NCBI RefSeq assembly: GCF_009914755.1
Contig: NC_060932.1
DNA length: 64,000 bases
Origin: the human T2T-CHM13v2.0 reference genome, Homo sapiens
Direction: 5' to 3' (one strand)
The notes below the pieces were generated by a model that was not told the DNA's origin, made no database searches, and saw nothing but the letters and a program-made list of their open reading frames with translations. Shown here one piece after another: positions 1 through 12,512 of the stretch. Within the stretch, counting starts at the first letter, position 1. Each line of letters begins with the position of its first letter. Position numbers and translations under genes: made by a program.

Positions 1-89
1 TGCCCAGTGCACAGTAAACATTTGGTCTATGGAAGCAAGGGAGCTGGAGTGACTATTGTATCTGATAAAAGATATTATTACTACCTACA

Positions 90-310
90 GTAATGATTGT
101 GAACATTGACAGAGTACCTATTATAAGGTAAATAGTTTCCATATTTTAATCATCACAAATGATCTTGAAAGATAGGCATTATCATTCCTATTTTACTGAT
201 GAGAAAAACTGAAGAGCTTGAGTGATTTTTTCCAAAGCCACATATACAAAGCAAAGAAATGAGGGGTATAAACCCACGTGAGTAGGACTTCTACCCCTGT
301 GCTCATCCTA
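90..310 (-). mobile_element. MIR SINE relic
   Basis: attatcattcctattttactgatgagaaaaactgaa...ccaaagccacat resembles the reverse-complement MIR core (attatccccattttacagatgaggaaactgagg...cccaaggtcacac). Confidence 0.6.
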
Positions 311-677
311 TCCTGACACAATTTAGAAACGATATAGTATTTTTTCTGTCATTTTCTGAAAAGAATGTGTCTACAAATTCCACTACAAAAGCAAAGGCCA
401 ATTTTTTAATTTTAAGAACTCTTCTACTCCTCTTTATAAGAAGCCATGAAACTACATTAATTGGAAAAAAAATTAAATGTTTTTGTGCATCTGAGCCGAA
501 GGCTAAATTCTGTTTCTTTGTCTCTATTTGTGTAGGCATTTCAGAAACTAATAATGATGTTTATCTTTAGTTTTATTTCATAAGTAACTATTCTGACCTG
601 ATACTACAATATGAGTTATGCCTTTAACAAATAAAAGAGGTTTGGAATTTCAATAATATTTGCAGGTGTATGACTGG

Positions 678-745
678 GGGCACCATGTGTTGATGCACAG
701 GTTGTGCACTGCACAACTCCACAGAGTGTCGTTCACACAGATGAC
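678..745. mobile_element. MER91-like (hAT-Tip100) MITE fragment
   Basis: caggttgtgcactgcacaactcc...ttcacacag; GTTGTGCA-c-TGCACAAC palindrome typical of MER91. Confidence 0.5.
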
Positions 746-869
746 ACAGCTGCCTTGAACATAAGACTGTCGAGAACTTGATTGATATTAGAATTTATCA
801 TGTCTGGGATGAGACAGCTTTACGTGTGAATATGTAGAAGACACCAAATAGTCATAAAAATATCAATGA

Positions 870-1149
<280 letters not shown>

Positions 1150-3287
1150 TCAATGAAAACAATAGCTCCCTTAACGGATTTGCCACTGTAATTGATCTTC
1201 AGCTAAATTTCTACATCCATTTGTATGGCCTTTCAACTTTTAACTTGCTCCTAAGCTGTGGGCAAGAAATCAAAGCCCTGGCTTCTGCCTCTTATTTTAG
1301 CTTGGTTTTGCGACGTGATGTTTCTGCAGAAACAACGCATGACATTGAAACTCCACGGAGAATTCGGATTTGCTATACAAAGTATTTTGGCAAAAAGGAA
1401 GTGACAGCCTTTTGAGTCTGTGGCCTTGAGTTAAAAAAAAAAAAGATACAGCTTGTAGTTGATTCTGTGTGTGATTTTATTTTACTGATTTCTAATTAGA
1501 GATTTGAGAGCAGAAAATATGTATTTTGCCTATTTAAGCATGGTTATTCAGTTTCATCTAGATTCTATTCTTCTTTATTTTACCCAAGTTTTGCTTCCAA
1601 GGTTGTAGAGTAGAAAGCAGAAAAATAGCTAGTTGCCTAGATAAAGTATGTGAACAGAAGTGTTGATCTATTTAGCAGGATAATACTATTCTTATTTGCC
1701 TTGCTTTAACCATTACAAATGAACCAGAAACTTGTACTCATAAGTTAAATATTTATAACAAGAAGAAATATGGACTTAGAGACAAGGGACCATTTGCAAT
1801 ATTCACTGATCAAAGCAGTACAAAGGATCAAAACTTTTAGATCTAGTGCAGATGTCTCAGGAAATATAACATGATGCCAAGCGAATGGCAGCAAAAAGCT
1901 GAGGCTAAAATGAGTACTATAGTTTCAACTGAGAAAAAAAATCAAATTATTGTACCGAATTCCCTAATATCAGATGTGTATAAACTTAAGAATATTAAAT
2001 ACCTGGCAAACAGCAAGAGGACAGTTTTATAAATCATAAAAAGCATTTGTTTAATGATCAAATGTTAAAGATTTGGTATTTCCAGAAAAAAAAGTGTTGA
2101 CAAAATCAACCTTTAATAGCGTTGAATATTCAAGCAGATCAGCTCAAGCAGTGCATTCCTCCAGTGCTGTGCTGTTTCTCGGGTCTTCAGCTGGCATCAT
2201 TTCTAATTTTTTGCACTGTAGCTTGATTATAGTCATATACTGGTTGGGGGAGGAATTGAACAAACACAAGCGGATCACAGAAGAAAAAATAAAGTTTACT
2301 GGTTTCTCTAATCACAGTCATAATTTACTATTTTACTTAAGAACAAAACTATTCCTTAATATCCAGCTGTAAAATGAGGCCCACATGGTTAATATTCTCA
2401 TAAGATCCTTACACATCTTCTGGGATAATTCTCTTTCAATTTCTGCCAGGTATATGATGATATTCTGTCATTATTATTTCAACATGACACTCTAATTCAC
2501 ACGTCTTTGGATTTAAACACACATACCTACTCCCCATCTGTATTTAATGGGCAAGCTGTGTGATTATTAGGGGTGACCTAATTTGATTTACTGAACCAAA
2601 CAGAGAGCTCATTGGAATTAAAGGACTCCTGTCTTATAAAGAACCCTGGCCTGCAAGTTAGGGAGAGACATTAGATTATCTTTCATGTGCTAGTATGATT
2701 TAGAGACCTGATAGGGAGAACTTTAACTCAATCCTCTGGGTCTAGCTCCCTAAGTATAATGAAAGGAGACTCAATTAGAAAAATGTCTAAGTCTCAGCTT
2801 TCCTCTAAGATACCTATGAGCCATGATTGAGTCAGGAAGAACTTGAATTGTCAAATCTTTAACACAATTTTTTTCCAATTAAATTAATAATAAAGGAGAT
2901 TAGGAGAGGCAGAGGAAGCAGCAATAAATTCTATTCCCAATTATAAAGCATTGAGGGATTGCATTAAATAGGAGTCTTCAAAAGAACCATAAAAATCAAA
3001 GGATGGGATTGGGGAAAATGATGTCAGAATAGAAATCCAGTCTCATTTATACTTCGAGACCAGGAATAACTGTGAAGAGACATTTGACATTTCTCATTAG
3101 TCTAATGTATTAGCATCAGTGAAGGTCTTTTGAAACAAACATATGAGACTTCCATTCTGTTTTTTTTGTCTGTTTCATTCTGCTTTGGGAGGAAGTGGGA
3201 ATTTCCATTTAAAGAGACAAGCGGGGTCAGTGCATGCAGCCTACCAGAAAGAACCACTGTGCCGAGCCTGCCGAGACAGATTCGCCC

Positions 3288-3442
3288 CATGTGGTGGCTG
3301 CACCTGTGATCCCAGCTACTCAGCAGGTTGAGGCAGGAGAATCGCTTGAACCCGGGAGGCAGAGGTTGCAGTGGGCCGAGATCAAGCCATTGCACCACAG
3401 ACTGGAGACAGAGAGAGACTCTGTCTCAAAATTTAAAAAAAA
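3288..3442 (+). mobile_element. Alu (S-type) right arm only, 5'-truncated insertion
   Basis: Right-monomer sequence plus A tail; 13-bp TSD agacagattcgcc (3274-3286 / 3443-3455). Confidence 0.9.
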
Positions 3443-3504
3443 AGACAGATTCGCCACAGCTTCAGCCATCAGGGCAATCCCAAGCGCAGTGACAAGCTCT
3501 AGAG

Positions 3505-3845
3505 CAGCAGTCTCCAGGCTTTTTGGCACCAGGGCGGTTTTGTGGAAGACAATTTTTCTGTGAAGGGTGTGGGGATGGTTTTGGGGCATTAGATTCTCAT
3601 AAAGACTGCACAAACTAGATCCCTTGCGTGCACCGTTCACAATAGGGTTCATGCTCCTGTAAGAATCTAACGCCGCTGCTGATGTGGTGGGGTGGAGTTC
3701 AGGTGGTAATGTGAGTGATAGGGAGTGGCTGGAAATACAAGCAAAGCTTCCCTTGCTCACCCACTGCTCATCCCCTACTGTGTGGTCCGGTTCCTAACAG
3801 GCCACAGATAGGTACCTGTCCTCAGTCCAGGGCTTGGGGACCCCG
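3505..3845 (+). mobile_element. MER1 (hAT-Charlie) non-autonomous DNA transposon, MER1A-type with internal deletion
   Basis: Termini cagcagtctcc...ggggaccccg; internal ttttggcaccaggg, attagattctcat, gttcctaacaggccac; perfect 8-bp TSD ctctagag (3497-3504 / 3846-3853). Confidence 0.9.
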
Positions 3846-5627
3846 CTCTAGAGGATGTGTTTATGAGAGACAGAGCTCCTTGTCTCTTTCCCAGCCACAG
3901 ATTCAGCCCATTTAGTAGAAATTTCCAAAGTAGACTCTTAGGTGTTGAGTGATCTGACTGGTCACAGCAGGAGGCAATTTTAGAGATAAAGCAAATGACT
4001 TTTCATCTATACAAATCGGGCTCCTATAAAGGAGTGATTGGATCCACAGACTCCCAAGTAACTGAATTAAGGTGACGATCACTAGGCGCAACCACATTAG
4101 AAGTTTAAGTAGACTCAAGTAGGTCATGGCTATCTTTCCGTGCTGCAGTAGAAACATTTTTTTGTTATTACTAAAAATTCTGGTAATTGTTTAATTCACA
4201 AGAGTACCTTGTCTGTCATGTTATTTTCCTTTCCAGGCTAAAATTTGCATTTCAAATAAAGGAAAGACTTACAGACACCAGACTTTCTAAAATAGGTTTT
4301 AGCAACCCATGCTCAATATCATTTCTACTTGTTTCAAAATGGAAAGTTTTGTGATTTATGACATGCATTAAAATAGTCCCAGATAACCACCAGTGACAGA
4401 GAGTCAACTGCAGCGGGTTCCTGATCTCATTGTGATCCCCAGGAGTTAAGTTGCCCCAGGCTGAAAATAAGCATAACACAAATGGCAGAAAAGGAAATGT
4501 TGGAGGAAAATTGTATTCAAACACATTTGGTTGAAACTCCAAAGTGTAGTAGATATTATTTTGAATTTGAAGGGAGGCATTTGCAAATAACTAATCTTTA
4601 TCAAGTGCCATGCTTTTAGGATTCTGAAGAAGACATGCATTTTTCATAACGTTATTCATGCAAAATATCTCAGTAGTCTCAGTAGTCATTTTTTTTTAAC
4701 CAAAGTATAATATCACAGAGGATATTTTAGGATTGGATTGGTTTCATTTACTCATGATTAGGTTCCATTCAAATATAAAGGTTGGTTGTAAACCTGAATT
4801 GACTTCAGATGTCCAAGTTAAATAATAACTTCTCAAAGCCCCATAATGCCTCAGCAACCTTTTTCTTTCCCGGTGCAAACCAGGGCCGATGTTACACTCC
4901 ATGTATTTGCTGCAATTTCTATTTCTCAATTGCCTTTTCTGTTGTTTCATCTTTGACCTACTCTTCTGGACTAGTCTGGATCTAGTAATCTCAATATGTC
5001 TAAAATATGTCTCAGGAATTCAATTTGAACAACAGTTCAGGCAAATCTCAAATGAATATAGACTTATATGGAAAGGATATAAATGGTTCAGGGATGTATT
5101 GCTTTCTATGCAGACGTAACAACTCCAGCAGTATAATTCCCCTGCTGGGTCTCCACCCCTCTGATGCTCTCTATTCTGGGGAAGTAGAGCAAATTCTTTG
5201 CTTGGTGAGTTTGGAAAAGGAAAGTAGGAACTTGGAGCATGAAGCCTTTCTCTCTCCACCCTGGAAACGAAGTACCAGGCAATGCATATACTTCTTACGT
5301 TTGCTGAGAGGCACAGTGGAGTTTAGAGGGGGAGGAATGGAGGGATGTTGGTCTAATCCAGAGTTTTATATTAGGAAGTTCATATGGCTGTAGATATCAA
5401 CTAAAATGGTTGAAGTCAGCTTAGATTGTAATAAGTTTTGGATTTGTTGGGTGCTTTCCAGTGGTCTCACACCTGTGGAAGAGGTGTCTTATTTCTCAAT
5501 GCATTCATAATTCAGACAGAGAAGAAAACTTTATTTTTTGGGTCCCTTCTGTGTACACAGGCAGACAACTTTGGAAAGTCATCTTTCACTGGTGAAAATG
5601 GAACTCTATTTTAAAGACAACAAATAA

Positions 5628-5747
5628 TGATTTATTTGGAAAGGGGCAAAGGGTTGAAAAACTACCTATTATACATTATACAATATACCCATGTAACAAA
5701 CCTGCACAGGTATCCCCCAAATCTAAAACAAAAGTTAGTATTTTTTA
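5628..5747 (+). mobile_element. Very short L1 3'-end (L1PA15/16 or L1PB type)
   Basis: gggttgaaaaactacctatt...caatatacccatgtaacaaacctgcac...aatctaaaacaaaagtt; 15-bp TSD aaagacaacaaataa (5613-5627 / 5748-5762). Confidence 0.8.
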
Positions 5748-6644
5748 AAAGACAACAAATAACTAACCATTGTTTGAAAATGAGGCCAAGCATTTGATAC
5801 AGATGTACCTCCAAAAAAAAAAAAAAGCTTAAATCTTTGTAAATCATTTGTCCATCAAAGGAGACCTATTAATTTACCTATATTACTAATTTCAAGGGTT
5901 TTGTCTTACTAAGACAGTTTTGATTCTTTTGACTTTACCAAAATGTTATTCCTTAAATACAGATAATTACCTTTTTCATGAACTTCGTTTCCTTCTACCT
6001 GCAAATCTTACCTTGGTTGCTAAAATTGAATAGAACCCTCCCCCTGGGGTCACTGCCATGCTGCTATCCTGGCTGCCTGGCTGATCCTAGTTCCTCAATG
6101 GCCACTGGTTGCAATCGACCTGCTGAAGCTTTGAAAGTGGCTTCCAGGAGACCAAACAAAACTAAGTGATAGGAAGTAAATGTTAAACAAAAACAATTTT
6201 AGGTATAAAATGGAAATGTGAAGTTACAGACATGGATTCTGGCTTATTTTTTGGAAATAAAGTAAAATCTATGATGATCAGAATTTAAGAGGATCTCAAA
6301 TTGTAATATTTACTTCCACTGACATTTTAAGAGGAAATAAACAGTTGAATTACTTATTTTTCAAAAAACTTCTGTGTAAGTAACTTTATGGTACTTGCTA
6401 TAGAAGAACATAGCATGTAATCACCTTAATCATTTAGATGAAAAGTCAATATAATGGAAAAGGTAACTAGGACACGAAGAGGTGTTAACCAGAAAAATGA
6501 TGTTCATAAGAAATGCCCAACAGCTACTCACACTAATAGTATAATTTACGTTGATATAATATCAAATCAATTACTCAAAGACCTCCAACAACAAAATGTG
6601 GATTAGAATTCAGCTAATTCACTTACTGAGAAAGAAAAGAAAAG

Positions 6645-7190
6645 CATGTTTCATTATTCATCAAATATTGATTGACTGTCAACTGTGTGGACACTGTGTT
6701 AGGCTCAGAGAAGACACAGATCTGTGCTCCCTGGAGTTCCATGTTAGTGCAGAGGGTTGGACAATAAAAAATAAACCTACTCAATACATAAACTGCATGC
6801 TCTGTTGGGAGATGAGTAGTGTTATGGAAGAGAAGAAAATGTAGGGCACAGTAATGGGAAAGACAATGCTAGTCTTATGGGGGCAAAGTGTATCGTGTGT
6901 GTCAATGAGAGGTGATGTGAAGCAAGGATTAAAGGGAATGAGGCAAAACCCCATAAGAACACTGAGGAAGGACTATTCCAGGAAGGGAATATGGCTGTGG
7001 AAAAGCCTTAGGTTAGGAGCCAGACTTTCAGGGGGCAGTAGAAGAAGCCAGTGAGCCTAGTGAAGAAAAGCAGGAGGAAAAGACATCTGAGAGGCAACCT
7101 TCAGGGTAGAGAAGGTCAGACCAGGCATGGTTGTGCAAAGTTGCCATGATATTCAGATTTTAATCTCAGTAAAGTGGGGACACTTTGAAG
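6645..7190 (-). mobile_element. L2 LINE relic (3' end)
   Basis: ttcattattcatcaaatattgattga...cactgtgttaggc...gctccctggagtt matches the reverse-complement L2a 3' end. Confidence 0.65.
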
Positions 7191-7429
7191 GACTAATGTA
7201 TCATTATATTATCCACGTAAAGCTTAAAGCACTTAACCTTTGCTGATAAGAACATTTACGGACCATTTCATAAAAAAATCCATCTTGCAGGGATTCTGAC
7301 AACTTTGGGTTTGTTCAAATCTGATGCCATACTCAACTTGCAAATACGATTGTTGTGAATAGAAAATTAGTTGAATTTACTATGGTTCAAACCAACAAAG
7401 GTGGTGACTAATTTTAGTTTCAAAGTTCT

Positions 7430-10400
7430 CTGAGATAGTCTATCATCACCGAATACAACTGCCCAGTTACCTGCCAGAGCAACAATGGGACACTCACTCC
7501 AGAACAGTGTTTGGGGACACTAAATGCCGCAGGAGGCAGTGGCAGACGTGATCCTAGAAAGGACCGTCCTGCGGGGATTCTCGGTGTAAAGGAGAACCCT
7601 TCCCCAGAGAAACCACATTTACTAATGTGCAGAGACCACCAAATCAGCAGGGGCCCCCAACATCTTATCTGTCCTAATCCATCTGGGGGCGGCCTGAAAC
7701 ACTGACAAAAGGTGTTTGTCTTTGCATCACCCGATTCAGAACTCACATGAGGCACAAGAGATGGACGATCCTCAAAAACCACCGTAGGGCACGCAAAGCC
7801 ACCAGGACACGCAAAAGATCACAATGGAGGCAAATAACACAGTGCCCAAAGCTGCACAGAAAAGCTAGGCACAGATTTTCTCTGGGATATAAAAGCATCC
7901 AAAACATCCCTGCATAGTGGGAAACTCAGAAACTCACACATATGCCCAGGGCAGAATACACTCTCAGAAAAGACCTCACAATTTTCCCAAACTTTCACAC
8001 CTGGTTGAGCAGTAGTTTCAGTGCAAACAAGAAGGAAAAACTAAGGCAGAGTTGTAAAAAGCCTGGCGAAGTGTTGAAGGAGGGCCCAGCACACAAAGGG
8101 TCAACTGGCAGACTGAGAGAGGATTTTCATTTTTGTTTTGTATTTCCTTTCTGCCTCTCTTTTCCTTTCTTTCTTATTCATGTCCATTCCCTTCCCTCTC
8201 TGTCTCTCTTTCTCACTCACGCACTCTTGGCATTCATGGAAATCTCTGTCAAAACGCTGTTTAAACATTAGTTAAAGGGACAAAGGCTTCAAAGAACAAA
8301 CATAGAAAAGAATATAAACCTTATAAAAATTGTTTTTAAAAGTATTTAATTCAGTAACTACAGCAATAAAACAATTCCCAAGAAGAATAAATAAAATTAA
8401 TTTGCACAGTTACCAATGTATAATAGTAAACATGGCCAGTTCTCAAAAAATCATAAAACATTAACAAAAAGAAAATATGACCCACTCACAAAAGAAATGA
8501 AAAAAAAAAAAACTCTCCCTGAAAAAGCACGGACATTTGAATTAGTAGAAAAAGACTTAAACCTACTGTTTAAAATACACCCAAATAGCTAAAGGAAACC
8601 ATAGACAAAAAGGTCTAGGAAACCAGGAGAATGGCATCTGAACAAGCAGAAAATGTCACTACAGATATAGAAGTTATAAAAAAATACAAATACTGAAGAT
8701 AAAAAGTACAATAACTGATGCTATAAACTCATGAGAAGGTTTCAAAAGTTGGTTAAAGCAGGTAGAAGAAAGAATCAACAAACCTAAAATTAAGAAAGTT
8801 GAAAATATCCAGTATGAAGAAAAATATTCAGTATGAAGGGAAAAAGAAGGGAAAAAAATAAACAGAGCTTAAGAAACACATGGGGCACCATGAAACATAA
8901 CAATATATGCATAATAAAAAATCCAAAAGGGAAGGAGAAAGAGAAAGCAGCAGAAATAATGTTTGAATAAATGACTGCAAATTTCCAAAATTTACTAATC
9001 AAAATAAATCAACACATTCGAGAAACTCAGATACGTGTAGGAAGGATAAACTCAAAGAGATCCATACTGGGACATATTTTAATAAAATTTTGAAAGACAA
9101 AAACAAAGATTGAATTTTAAAGATGGCAAGACAGAAGTAACTTATTATACAAAACAGATCCTTAGAAAGAGCACCTGCAAATTTCTCATTAAAAATTCCT
9201 GGAGGCCAGAAGCAAGTGGCAGTATATTTTTAAAGCAGTGACGCAAAAAAGCAAAAACAAAAACAAAAACTCTATCAAACTCACTATTCTACATTCAGCA
9301 AACTATGCTTCAGAAATCAGACATTGATAAACTAGAAATAAATATATTCACAAATTTTTAAAAGCAAAATGCTACAATGAATGCCAGTGCGGAGTATCCA
9401 CAATGAAATAAAAAGACTTCGGAAAGTAAAGCAATGCCGTTAGAAAAATTAAAAACTACAATCAAAGTCATTATACTGGTAAATATAAAAGTCACTATTC
9501 TTATACTTTCGGTTTCTAACTCATTTTTCTTCTATATGATTTAAAAGACAAATACATAAAACAATCACCACACATCTGGGTTAATGGTAACACAATTTAT
9601 GAGGATATAATATGTTCCTATGTGAACATGGTCTGGGGTTGGGAGTCTAGAGCTATATAGGAGCACAACTTTTCTATGTTATTGAAAATACGTTGATATT
9701 AATAGAACTAGATTGTTATGATTTTAGGATGTGAATTGTAATGTCTGTGGTAACCACGAAGGCAATAACTGAAAACAATACATAAAGGGAAATGAGAGGG
9801 AAGTCAAAATGGTACACTACAAAAATACATAAACAAGAAAACCAGAGAACTTCACAAATACATACAAATAAAATAACCGATTAAAAATGTAAGTACAAAA
9901 ATGGGTCAAAGAAGAAATTCCATGAGAAAATAAAAAGTTTCCTGGAGACAAATGAAAACGAGGACACACAAAAATATATATGGAATCAGAAAAACAGTGC
10001 TCAGAGGAAATGCATAGCTGCAAATACCAACATTAAAAAAGAAGAAAAGATCAATTAACACCCTAACTATACAACTGAAGGAATTAGAGAAAGGAGATAC
10101 AAATAAACTCCAAGCTGGCAGGTAAAATGAAATATTAAAAAGATTAGAGCAGATATATTTAAAAATGCAGAACAGCAAAACAATAGAATCTACAAACATA
10201 ATGTGACATAGACTTGCAGTGGAATACCACTCAGTCACAAATGAAGGAAGTACTGACACAGGCTGCACCATGGATGAACCTTGAAAACATGCTAAGTGGA
10301 AGAAGCCAGGCACAAAATGTCACAGACAGTACAATTTCACACATATCAGATACCCAGAAGAGTTATATCCATAGACACAGAAAACAGATTGGTGATTGCC

Positions 10401-10590
10401 AGAGTCTAGGCCATTTCCAAGGCGACAGGGGAGTGACTGTTTAATGAGTATGGGGTTTCCTTTTTGGATGATAAACTGTTTCTCATACAGATGGAGGTGG
10501 TAGTTATACAACATTGTGAATGTACTGACGCCTCGGATTTGTTCCTGAGAATGCTTAATTTATATTAAGTAAATTTCATTTTAATAATTT
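7430..10590 (+). mobile_element. Old L1M: 5'UTR, ORF1 and partial ORF2, joined to an L1MB-type 3' end
   Basis: ctaaggcagagttgtaaaaagcctggcgaagtgttgaagg (L1M 5' region); A-rich ORF1-like 8400-9400; ORF2 ctcagaggaaatgcatagc; 3'UTR catggatgaaccttgaaaacatgctaagtg...gggtttcctttttggatgat. Confidence 0.8.
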
Positions 10591-10595
10591 TTAAA

Positions 10596-12512
10596 TTAAT
10601 CTATGTAACCATCCATATTAACATGCTAAACAATAAAAATCAAATAAATCATAAAAATCATGTCCATCAGGGAAAAAATGCATGTGACATAATTCAATAC
10701 CCACTCAGGATCAAAACACTCTGAAAACTAGGAATGAAGAAGAATTTCCTCAAATTGGTAAGGAGTATATACTCAACTTGTAACTATAATTATACTTAAT
10801 AGTGAAAGGCTCCATGATTTTCTCCTAAGATTGGATAAAAGAAAGGATGTCCACTCTTATTCAATATATAATTGGGAGTTCTCAACCAGTGCAAAAAAAA
10901 AAAAAAAAGGAACGAAATAAAATTTATATACATCTGAAAGGGAGAAATAAAACTGTCCATATTTAAAGATGACATAATGTTCTTTGTAGAAAACCCCAAG
11001 GAATCTACCAAGAAATTCCCATAACCAGTAAGTGATTTTATTAAGTCTGTAACATGGACAGAAGAGTTAAAAATGCAACACAATTTAAAGCCATTCAAAA
11101 ATACTTAGGTGTAAATCTAGCAAAACACATACAGGATGTGTTTGCTGAAAACCAGAAAACACGAAAGTAATGATTAAGCAAGATACCATGTCAGAAAAGT
11201 AAACATAGGAAAGATATCAATGATCCCAAAATTGACACACAGGTTTATTGCAATTCCATTACAAATCCTAACCCAACTTTTGCAGATATAGAGAAGATTA
11301 TTCTAAAATGTATAGGGCAAGACAAAGGAACTGGAATACCTAAAATAATTTTAAAATAATAGACACCAAAATCACAATCTATAAAATAAAAAATATTATA
11401 AATTATAGTTCAGCAAAATTAAAAACATTTCCTCTTTGAAAAATCCTGTAAAGGGAATGAAAAGACAAGCTACAGACCAGCAGAAAGTATTTGAAAATCA
11501 CATATTTGACAAAGGACTAACATCTCTAATCTATAAAGAACTCTCAAAACTCAGCCATAAAGCCAACAATCCAATTAGAAAATGGGCAAAATTATGAAGA
11601 CATTTCACTGAAGATAGGCAGATGGCAAATACCATGTTAAAAGGTACTCAACAACATTAGCTATTAGGGAAATGCAAATTACAACTACAATGAGATATCA
11701 CTTCACACTTACAATAATGGCTAAGCTTAAAAGAAAAATGATAAAATCAAAATCTGGTTAGCATAAGAAGAAAATGGATCATACATACATTGCTGGTTGG
11801 AATGCAAAATGGCACAGCCACCCCGGGAAACAGTTGGCAGTTTCTTTATAAAACACAACCTGCAACTATCATACAACCTACCAATTGTACTACTAGGCAT
11901 TTATCCTAGAAATGTGACAACATTCACACAAAAACCTGCACATGAAATTTTATAGCAGCGTTATCTGGAATAAGCAAAAACTGAAACAGCCCAGATGTCC
12001 TTTAATGAGTGAATGGCTAAATAAATTGTGTTACATCCATAACATCTAATACCACTCAGCAATAAAACAACGACAATAACAACAAATAAAAACAGACTGC
12101 TGACTGATACATGCCATATACTGGATACATCTTTAGAGAACTAGGCTGAGTATACAAAGCCAATCCTCAAACGTTGTATGCTATAGGATTCGATTTTTAT
12201 AACATTTTTGAAGTGACAAAAATATAGAAATGGAGAAGAGATTATTCATTGCTATGGGTTAGGCGGTGGGGTCAGGAGGAACGTGAATGTGACTCTACAT
12301 GAGAATAGGATCTTTGTAGTGATATAAATATTCTGTATCTCCAATGTGTTCATCTCAATACCTTAGCTGTGATGTTGTACTATTTCCTGGCTTTGCAAGA
12401 TGTTACCGTAAGGGGAAACTGAGCAATAGATACAAGATATCTCTCCGTATTATTGTTTACAACTTCATGGGAATGTAAAAAAGTCCCAAAATAAAAAGTT
12501 TAATTTCAAAAC
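10596..12512 (+). mobile_element. Old L1 (L1MD-like) ORF2 pieces plus 3'UTR
   Basis: RT-region gatgacataatg...gtagaaaacccc; ggaaatgcaaattacaactacaatgagata; 3' end gcaagatgttacc...caaaataaaaagtttaattt. Confidence 0.85.

Noticed and set aside
1319-1334. Perfect 16-bp palindrome tgtttctgcagaaaca
   Set aside because: About one is expected by chance in 64 kb (64000/4^8).
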